From the IMG/VR virus record IMGVR_UViG_2703718853_000003, positions 1 to 33,263 of that record: a stretch of DNA of 33,263 bases; one strand, written 5' to 3'. Position 1 is the first letter of the stretch. Each line of letters starts with the position of its first letter. The position numbers and the translations under genes are program-made. The DNA comes from a virus (Duplodnaviria; Heunggongvirae; Uroviricota; Caudoviricetes). The notes beneath the pieces are model-generated. The model did not search any database. It was not told the origin of the DNA and saw only the letters and a list, made by a program, of their open reading frames with translations. Below, one piece after another: positions 26,661-33,263 of the stretch.

Positions 26661-27851
26661 ATGAGTGACTATCATCACGGCGTGCAGGTGCTGGAGATTA
26701 ACGACGGCACCCGCGTCATTTCCACCGTATCCACGGCCATTGTCGGCATGGTCTGCACGGCCAGCGATGCGGATGCGGAAACCTTCCCCCTCAATAAACC
26801 TGTGCTGATTACCAATGTGCAGAGCGCAATTGCAAAGGCCGGTAAAAAAGGCACGCTGGCGGCATCGTTGCAGGCCATCGCCGACCAGTCAAAACCGGTC
26901 ACCGTTGTCGTGCGCGTGGAAGACGGCACCGGCGACGACGAAGAAACGAAACTCGCGCAGACCGTTTCCAATATCATCGGCACCACCGACGAAAACGGTC
27001 AGTACACCGGACTGAAAGCCCTGCTGGCGGCGGAGTCGGTAACCGGTGTTAAACCGCGTATTCTCGGCGTGCCGGGACTGGACACCAAAGAGGTGGCTGT
27101 TGCACTGGCATCAGTCTGTCAGAAGCTGCGCGCTTTCGGGTATATCAGCGCATGGGGCTGTAAAACCATTTCCGAGGTGAAAGCTTACCGCCAGAATTTC
27201 AGCCAGCGTGAGCTGATGGTCATCTGGCCGGATTTCCACGCATGGGATACGGTCACCAGTACCGCCGCCACCGCGTATGCCACCGCCCGTGCGCTGGGTC
27301 TGCGCGCTAAAATCGACCAGGAGCAGGGCTGGCATAAAACGTTGTCCAATGTCGGGGTGAACGGTGTTACCGGCATCAGCGCCTCTGTATTCTGGGATTT
27401 GCAGGAGTCCGGCACCGATGCTGACCTGCTTAACGAGTCTGGCGTCACAACGCTGATTCGCCGCGACGGTTTTCGCTTCTGGGGTAACCGTACCTGCTCT
27501 GATGACCCGCTGTTCCTCTTTGAAAACTACACCCGCACCGCGCAGGTGCTGGCCGACACGATGGCTGAGGCGCACATGTGGGCGGTGGACAAGCCAATCA
27601 CCGCAACGCTGATTCGCGACATCGTTGATGGCATCAATGCCAAATTCCGAGAGCTGAAAACAAACGGCTATATCGTGGATGCGACCTGCTGGTTCAGCGA
27701 AGAATCCAACGATGCGGAAACCCTTAAGGCCGGAAAACTGTATATCGACTACGACTATACCCCGGTGCCTCCTCTTGAAAACCTGACTCTGCGCCAGCGT
27801 ATTACCGATAAATACCTGGCAAATCTGGTCACCTCGGTTAACAGCAATTAA
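26661..27851 (+). CDS. FI: Tail sheath protein FI
   Basis: 396 aa, the length I recall for P2 FI; GGAG Shine-Dalgarno upstream. Confidence 0.9.
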   Translation: MSDYHHGVQVLEINDGTRVISTVSTAIVGMVCTASDADAETFPLNKPVLITNVQSAIAKAGKKGTLAASLQAIADQSKPVTVVVRVEDGTGDDEETKLAQTVSNIIGTTDENGQYTGLKALLAAESVTGVKPRILGVPGLDTKEVAVALASVCQKLRAFGYISAWGCKTISEVKAYRQNFSQRELMVIWPDFHAWDTVTSTAATAYATARALGLRAKIDQEQGWHKTLSNVGVNGVTGISASVFWDLQESGTDADLLNESGVTTLIRRDGFRFWGNRTCSDDPLFLFENYTRTAQVLADTMAEAHMWAVDKPITATLIRDIVDGINAKFRELKTNGYIVDATCWFSEESNDAETLKAGKLYIDYDYTPVPPLENLTLRQRITDKYLANLVTSVNSN

Positions 27852-27863
27852 GGAGCCTGACCG

Positions 27864-28382
27864 ATGGCAATGCCGCGCAAACTCAAGTTAATGAACGTCT
27901 TTCTGAACGGCTACAGCTATCAGGGCGTTGCAAAGTCCGTCACGCTGCCAAAACTGACCCGTAAGCTCGAAAACTATCGAGGTGCGGGGATGAACGGCAG
28001 CGCACCGGTAGACCTCGGCCTTGATGACGATGCGCTGTCAATGGAGTGGTCGCTCGGGGGCTTCCCGGATTCGGTTATCTGGGAGCTTTACTCCGCAACC
28101 GGTGTGGATGCCGTGCCGATTCGTTTTGCAGGCTCTTACCAGCGCGACGATACCGGCGAAACGGTGGCCGTCGAGGTGGTCATGCGTGGCCGTCAGAAAG
28201 AAATCGACACCGGCGAGGGGAAACAGGGAGAAGACACCGAGTCGAAAATCTCCGTGGTATGCACCTATTTCCGGCTGACGATGGACGGTAAGGAGCTGGT
28301 CGAAATCGACACCATCAGCATGATTGAGAAGGTGAACGGCGTCGACCGGCTGGAGCAACACCGCCGCAATATCGGCCTGTGA
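27864..28382 (+). CDS. FII: Tail tube protein FII
   Basis: 172 aa, the length I recall for P2 FII. Confidence 0.9.
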   Translation: MAMPRKLKLMNVFLNGYSYQGVAKSVTLPKLTRKLENYRGAGMNGSAPVDLGLDDDALSMEWSLGGFPDSVIWELYSATGVDAVPIRFAGSYQRDDTGETVAVEVVMRGRQKEIDTGEGKQGEDTESKISVVCTYFRLTMDGKELVEIDTISMIEKVNGVDRLEQHRRNIGL

Positions 28383-28438
28383 TTTTCATCCGGTCAGCCA
28401 GGCTGACCGGTTAACCCTGATTAAGAAGTGAGAAAACC

Positions 28439-28714
28439 ATGAACAAAGAAAATGTGATTACCCTGGACAATCCGGTGAAACGTGGTGAGCAGGTTATCGA
28501 ACAGGTCACGCTGATGAAACCCAGTGCCGGGACGCTGCGCGGTGTCAGTCTGGCAGCGGTCGCAAACTCCGAAGTCGATGCACTGATTAAGGTGCTGCCG
28601 CGCATGACTGCACCGATGCTGACCGAGCAGGAAGTCGCCGCACTGGAACTGCCTGACCTTGTGGCGCTGGCCGGTAAGGTGGTCGGTTTTTTGTCGCCGA
28701 ACTCGGTGCAGTGA
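28439..28714 (+). CDS. E: Tail assembly chaperone E
   Basis: 91 aa, the length I recall for P2 E; contains a T6G slippery run near its 3' end. Confidence 0.8.
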   Translation: MNKENVITLDNPVKRGEQVIEQVTLMKPSAGTLRGVSLAAVANSEVDALIKVLPRMTAPMLTEQEVAALELPDLVALAGKVVGFLSPNSVQ

Positions 28715-28866
28715 CGTTTCCGAAAAATCTGTCGGTCGATGACCTGATGGCGGATGTGGCAGTGATATTTCACTGGCCGCCATCAGAACTGTATCCCATG
28801 AGCCTGACCGAACTCATCACATGGCGCGAAAAGGCGCTCCGGCGAAGCGGAAACACGAATGAGTAA
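28439..28866 (+). CDS. E+E' -1 programmed-frameshift product (tail assembly chaperone extension)
   Basis: Slippery TTTTTTG at 28687-28693. The -1 frame stays open from there to TAA 28864-28866 (ending ...TWREKALRRSGNTNE), overlapping the start of T, as in P2 and lambda G/GT. Confidence 0.6.
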
Positions 28867-31306
28867 CAATGTAAAATTACAGGTATTGCTCAGGGCTGTT
28901 GACCAGGCATCCCGCCCGTTTAAATCCATCCGCACAGCGAGCAAATCGCTGTCGGGGGATATCCGGGAAACACAAAAATCACTGCGCGAGCTGAACGGTC
29001 AGGCATCCCGTATTGAGGGATTCCGCAAGACCAGTGCACAGCTCGCCGTGACTGGTCATGCACTTGAAAAGGCTCGGCAGGAGGCCGAAGCCCTTGCCAC
29101 ACAGTTTAAAAATACCGAACGTCCAACCCGTGCTCAGGCGAAAGTGCTGGAATCCGCAAAGCGTGCGGCGGAGGACTTACAGGCGAAATATAACCGCCTG
29201 ACGGATTCTGTTAAACGCCAGCAGCGGGAACTGGCCGCTGTGGGAATTAATACCCGCAATCTTGCACATGATGAGCAGGGGCTGAAAAACCGTATCAGTG
29301 AAACCACCGCACAACTTAACCGTCAGCGCGATGCACTGGCGCGTGTCAGTGCACAACAGGCAAAACTTAACGCAGTCAAACAGCGTTATCAGGCAGGAAA
29401 GGAACTGGCCGGAAATATGGCCTCAGTAGGCGCTGCCGGAGTGGGGATTGCGGCGGCGGGAACGATGGCCGGTGTTAAGATACTGATGCCCGGTTATGAG
29501 TTTGCGCAGAAAAACTCAGAATTGCAGGCCGTGCTCGGAGTGGCAAAAGACTCCGCCGAAATGACCGCACTACGCAAACAGGCGCGCCAGCTCGGCGACA
29601 ATACCGCCGCCTCGGCGGATGATGCGGCCGGTGCACAGATAATCATCGCGAAAGCGGGTGGGGATGTTGATGCCATTCAGGCGGCAACGCCGGTCACGCT
29701 GAATATGGCGCTGGCGAACCGCCGCACGATGGAAGAAAACGCCGCCCTGCTGATGGGGATGAAATCCGCCTTTCAGCTTTCAAACGATAAGGTCGCTCAT
29801 ATCGGGGATGTTCTCTCCATGACGATGAACAAAACCGCCGCCGATTTTGACGGCATGAGCGATGCGCTGACCTATGCCGCACCTGTGGCAAAAAATGCCG
29901 GTGTCAGCATTGAAGAAACCGCCGCAATGGTCGGGGCGCTGCATGATGCAAAAATCACAGGCTCAATGGCGGGGACGGGAAGCCGTGCCGTGTTAAGTCG
30001 CCTGCAGGCACCGACGGGAAAAGCATGGGATGCACTCAAAGAGCTTGGCGTGAAAACCTCAGACAGTAAGGGGAATACCCGACCAGTATTTACCATTCTG
30101 AAAGAAATGCAGGCCAGCTTTGAGAAAAACCGGCTCGGTACTGCCCAGCAGGCTGAATACATGAAAACTATTTTCGGGGAGGAGGCCAGCTCAGCCGCCG
30201 CCGTGCTGATGACTGCCGCCTCAACCGGAAAGCTGGACAAACTGACCGCTGCGTTTAAAGCCTCAGACGGGAAGACCGCCGAGCTGGTAAATATCATGCA
30301 GGACAACCTCGGCGGTGACTTTAAGGAGTTTCAGTCCGCTTATGAGGCGGTGGGGACAGACCTGTTTGACCAGCAGGAAGGCGCGCTACGTAAGCTCACG
30401 CAGACGGCCACAAAGTATTTGTTAAAACTCGACGGCTGGATACAGAAAAACAAATCACTGGCGTCAACCATTGGCCTCATTGCCGGTGGTGCGCTGGCGC
30501 TTACTGGCATCATCGGTGCAATTGGTCTTGTAGCCTGGCCGGTTATCACCGGCATCAATGCCATCATCGCGGCAGCAGGCGCAATGGGTGCAATCTTCAC
30601 GACGGTTGGTAGTGCCGTTATGACGGCCATCGGGGCGATTAGCTGGCCGGTTGTGGCCGTGGTGGCTGCAATTGTCGCCGGGGCGTTGCTTATCCGTAAA
30701 TACTGGGAGCCTGTCAGCGCATTCTTTGGCGGTGTGGTTGAAGGGCTGAAAGCGGCATTTGCGCCGGTGGGGGAACTGTTCACGCCACTTAAACCGGTTT
30801 TTGACTGGCTGGGGGAAAAGTTACAGGCCGCGTGGCAGTGGTTTAAAAATCTGATTGCCCCGGTCAAAGCCACCCAGGACACCCTGAACCATTGCCGTGA
30901 CACGGGCGTCATGTTCGGGCAGGCACTGGCTGACGCATTGATGCTGCCGCTTAATGCGTTCAACAAACTGCGCAGTGGTATTGACTGGGTACTGGAAAAA
31001 CTCGGTGTTATCAACAAAGAGTCAGACACACTTGACCAGACCGCCGCAAGGACTAATGCCGCCACGTATGGCACCGGTGGTTATATTCCGGCGATCAGCT
31101 CTTATACGGGGTATCAGGCTTATCAGCCGGTCACGGCACCGGCTGGCCGCTCTTATGTAGACCAGAGTAAAAACGAATATCACATCAGCCTGACGGGTGG
31201 TACTGCGCCGGGGACACAGTTTGACCGCCAGTTACAGGATGCGCTCGAAAAATACGAGCGGGATAAACGTGCGCGCGCCCGTGCCAGCATGATGCATGAC
31301 GGTTAA
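28859..31306 (+). CDS. T: Tail tape-measure protein T
   Basis: 815 aa, the length I recall for P2 T; coiled-coil N-terminal half and hydrophobic Gly/Ala-rich segments. Confidence 0.9.
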   Translation: MSNNVKLQVLLRAVDQASRPFKSIRTASKSLSGDIRETQKSLRELNGQASRIEGFRKTSAQLAVTGHALEKARQEAEALATQFKNTERPTRAQAKVLESAKRAAEDLQAKYNRLTDSVKRQQRELAAVGINTRNLAHDEQGLKNRISETTAQLNRQRDALARVSAQQAKLNAVKQRYQAGKELAGNMASVGAAGVGIAAAGTMAGVKILMPGYEFAQKNSELQAVLGVAKDSAEMTALRKQARQLGDNTAASADDAAGAQIIIAKAGGDVDAIQAATPVTLNMALANRRTMEENAALLMGMKSAFQLSNDKVAHIGDVLSMTMNKTAADFDGMSDALTYAAPVAKNAGVSIEETAAMVGALHDAKITGSMAGTGSRAVLSRLQAPTGKAWDALKELGVKTSDSKGNTRPVFTILKEMQASFEKNRLGTAQQAEYMKTIFGEEASSAAAVLMTAASTGKLDKLTAAFKASDGKTAELVNIMQDNLGGDFKEFQSAYEAVGTDLFDQQEGALRKLTQTATKYLLKLDGWIQKNKSLASTIGLIAGGALALTGIIGAIGLVAWPVITGINAIIAAAGAMGAIFTTVGSAVMTAIGAISWPVVAVVAAIVAGALLIRKYWEPVSAFFGGVVEGLKAAFAPVGELFTPLKPVFDWLGEKLQAAWQWFKNLIAPVKATQDTLNHCRDTGVMFGQALADALMLPLNAFNKLRSGIDWVLEKLGVINKESDTLDQTAARTNAATYGTGGYIPAISSYTGYQAYQPVTAPAGRSYVDQSKNEYHISLTGGTAPGTQFDRQLQDALEKYERDKRARARASMMHDG

Positions 31307-31320
31307 GGAGGTGACGAAAA

Positions 31321-31800
31321 ATGATGCTCGCGTTAGGTATGTTTGTTTTTATGCGCCAGACGCTGCCACACCAGACCATGCAGCGTGAATCAGATTATCG
31401 CTGGCCGTCAAATTCCCGTATCGGTAAACGGGATGCCTTTCAGTTTCTCGGTGTGGGTGAGGAAAACATTACGCTTGCCGGCGTGCTTTATCCCGAACTG
31501 ACCGGCGGCAAGCTGACGATGACCACGCTCAGGCTGATGGCAGAGGAAGGCCGGGCGTGGCCGTTGCTGGATGGCACCGGCATGATTTACGGCATGTATG
31601 TCATCAGCAGGGTGAGTGAAACAGGGAGTATTTTCTTTGCAGACGGCACACCCCGAAAAATTGATTTTACGCTGTCGCTCACCCGCGTGGATGAATCACT
31701 GGCCGCGCTTTATGGCGATATCGGTAAACAGGCGGAATCGCTCATCGGTAAGGCTGGCAGTATGGCGACCAGATTCACGGGTATGACGGGGGCGGGATAA
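31321..31800 (+). CDS. U: Tail protein U
   Basis: 159 aa, the length I recall for P2 U. Confidence 0.85.
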   Translation: MMLALGMFVFMRQTLPHQTMQRESDYRWPSNSRIGKRDAFQFLGVGEENITLAGVLYPELTGGKLTMTTLRLMAEEGRAWPLLDGTGMIYGMYVISRVSETGSIFFADGTPRKIDFTLSLTRVDESLAALYGDIGKQAESLIGKAGSMATRFTGMTGAG

Positions 31801-32963
31801 TGCTGGATGCGCTGACATTTGATGCAGGCAGTACGCTGACGCCGGATTACATGCTGATGCTCGACAGCAGGGATATTACCGGCAATATCAGCGACCGTCT
31901 GATGAGCATGACCCTGACGGATAACCGGGGCTTTGAGGCTGACCAGCTTGATATTGAACTGAACGACGCCGACGGGCAGGTCGGGCTACCGATTCGTGGC
32001 GCTGTCCTGACGGTGTATATCGGCTGGAAAGGTTTTGCCCTGGTATGCAAAGGGAAATTTACCGTTGATGAGGTTGAGCACCGGGGCGCGCCGGATGTGG
32101 TTACCATCCGTGCCCGGAGTGCAGATTTCCGCGGGACGCTTAATTCCCGCCGGGAAGGCTCCTGGCATGACACCACGCTCGGCGCGATTGTTGAGGCGAT
32201 AGCCTCCCGTAACAGGCTGGAAGCCAGTGTCGCTCCGTCACTGGCCGGAATTAAAATTCCGCACATCGACCAGTCGCAGGAGTCTGATGCGAAATTCCTG
32301 ACCCGTCTTGCAGAACGCAACGGCGGTGAGGTGTCGGTAAAAATGGGAAAACTGTTGTTTCTCAAAGCGGGGCAGGGGGTGACGGCCAGCGGTAAAAAAA
32401 TCCCGCAGGTCACCATCACCCGCAGCGACGGCGACCGCCATCATTTTGCGATTGCTGACCGCGGAGCCTACACCGGCGTAACGGCAAAGTGGTTACACAC
32501 CAAAGACCCGAAGCCACAAAAGCAGAAGGTAAAACTGAAACGCAAAAAGAAAGAGAAACACCTGCGCGCACTGGAGCACCCGAAAGCGAAACCGGTCACG
32601 CAGAAGAAAGCGCCAAAAGTACCGGAAGCGCGCGAAGGTGAATACATGGCCGGTGAGGCTGACAATGTTTTTGCCCTGACCACGGTATATGCCACGAAAG
32701 CGCAGGCCATGCGCGCCGCTCAGGCGAAGTGGGATAAACTGCAACGGGGTGTAGCGGAGTTCTCCATCAGTCTGGCTACTGGTCGGGCAGATATTTACAC
32801 GGAAACGCCGGTCAAAGTGTCAGGTTTTAAGCGCGTCATAGACGAGCAGGACTGGACAATCACTAAGGTGACACACTTTCTGAATAATAGCGGCTTCACG
32901 ACGTCCTTAGAGCTTGAGGTCAGGCTTTCTGATGTGGAGTACGAAACAGAAGGTGATGAGTAA
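31800..32963 (+). CDS. D: Tail protein D (late gene D)
   Basis: 387 aa, the length I recall for P2 D; start overlaps the U stop (TAATG). Confidence 0.85.
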   Translation: MLDALTFDAGSTLTPDYMLMLDSRDITGNISDRLMSMTLTDNRGFEADQLDIELNDADGQVGLPIRGAVLTVYIGWKGFALVCKGKFTVDEVEHRGAPDVVTIRARSADFRGTLNSRREGSWHDTTLGAIVEAIASRNRLEASVAPSLAGIKIPHIDQSQESDAKFLTRLAERNGGEVSVKMGKLLFLKAGQGVTASGKKIPQVTITRSDGDRHHFAIADRGAYTGVTAKWLHTKDPKPQKQKVKLKRKKKEKHLRALEHPKAKPVTQKKAPKVPEAREGEYMAGEADNVFALTTVYATKAQAMRAAQAKWDKLQRGVAEFSISLATGRADIYTETPVKVSGFKRVIDEQDWTITKVTHFLNNSGFTTSLELEVRLSDVEYETEGDE

Positions 32964-33044
32964 TGTTTTGTTTTTATCTGTTTGTTTTATAAGGGTAAAT
33001 TAACTAAAATGGCACCATCAACAAAACCGGAAGAGGTGCTCGCG

Positions 33045-33263
33045 ATGTTTCATTGTCCTTTATGCCAGCATGCCGCACATGCGCGTACAAGCCGCTATAT
33101 CACTGACACGACAAAAGAGCGTTATCACCAGTGTCAGAACGTGAATTGCAGTGCCACGTTCATCACTTATGAGTCGGTACAGCGATACATCGTGAAGCCG
33201 GGAGAAGTCCACGCCGTAAGGCCGCACCCGTTGCCATCAGGGCAGCAAATTATGTGGATGTAA
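33045..33263 (+). CDS. ogr: Late-gene transcription activator Ogr (C4 zinc finger)
   Basis: 72 aa from ATG 33045 (MFHCPLCQHAAHARTSRYI...CQNVNCSATF), matching P2 Ogr as I recall it. Stop codon is the last three bases of the window. Confidence 0.85.
   Translation: MFHCPLCQHAAHARTSRYITDTTKERYHQCQNVNCSATFITYESVQRYIVKPGEVHAVRPHPLPSGQQIMWM

Noticed and set aside
27111-32744. Antisense and alternate-frame ORFs inside FI, FII, T and D (for example 27111..27575, 29872..30306, 30340..31074, 31847..32419)
   Set aside because: Same reasoning: embedded in conserved tail genes whose lengths match P2.
1-33263. tRNA genes, att core repeats, IS elements or transposases
   Set aside because: I found no cloverleaf-like tRNA candidates, no transposase-like ORFs and no terminal inverted repeats. 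The att sites are expected just outside the window, which begins and ends at the int and ogr stop codons.

Overview
This window is an essentially complete P2-like (Peduovirus-type) temperate prophage of an enterobacterium, running from the 3' end of the integrase gene (position 1) to the stop codon of the late activator ogr (33263). The backbone matches the canonical P2 prophage order: int, C repressor, cox, B, four small early ORFs, A, cargo, cos, Q/P on the minus strand, O-N-M-L, X, lysis cassette, R-S, cargo, V-W-J-I-H-G, cargo, FI-FII-E/E'-T-U-D, ogr. Many ORF lengths match my recollection of the P2 proteins exactly. Three AT-rich cargo islands interrupt the GC-rich backbone, at the places where P2-like phages are known to carry variable, often anti-phage, genes. 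(1) Between A and cos (P2 tin/old position) sits a translationally coupled pair: an ABC/SMC-like ATPase and a small TOPRIM-like protein, a split OLD-like or PARIS-like architecture. (2) Between S and V (P2 orf30 position) is an HNH-motif protein. (3) Between G and FI (P2 Z/fun position) are two minus-strand genes: a small two-TM membrane protein and a 459-aa protein with a zinc ribbon and a clear RES-domain signature, a candidate NAD+-depleting abortive-infection effector. The first of these is flanked by a roughly 250-bp direct duplication of the 3' end of G. I regard cargo islands 1 and 3 as the most likely location of a novel or poorly described defence system. All calls are from reading the sequence and from remembered family features; no database search was run, and family assignments for the cargo proteins are hypotheses.
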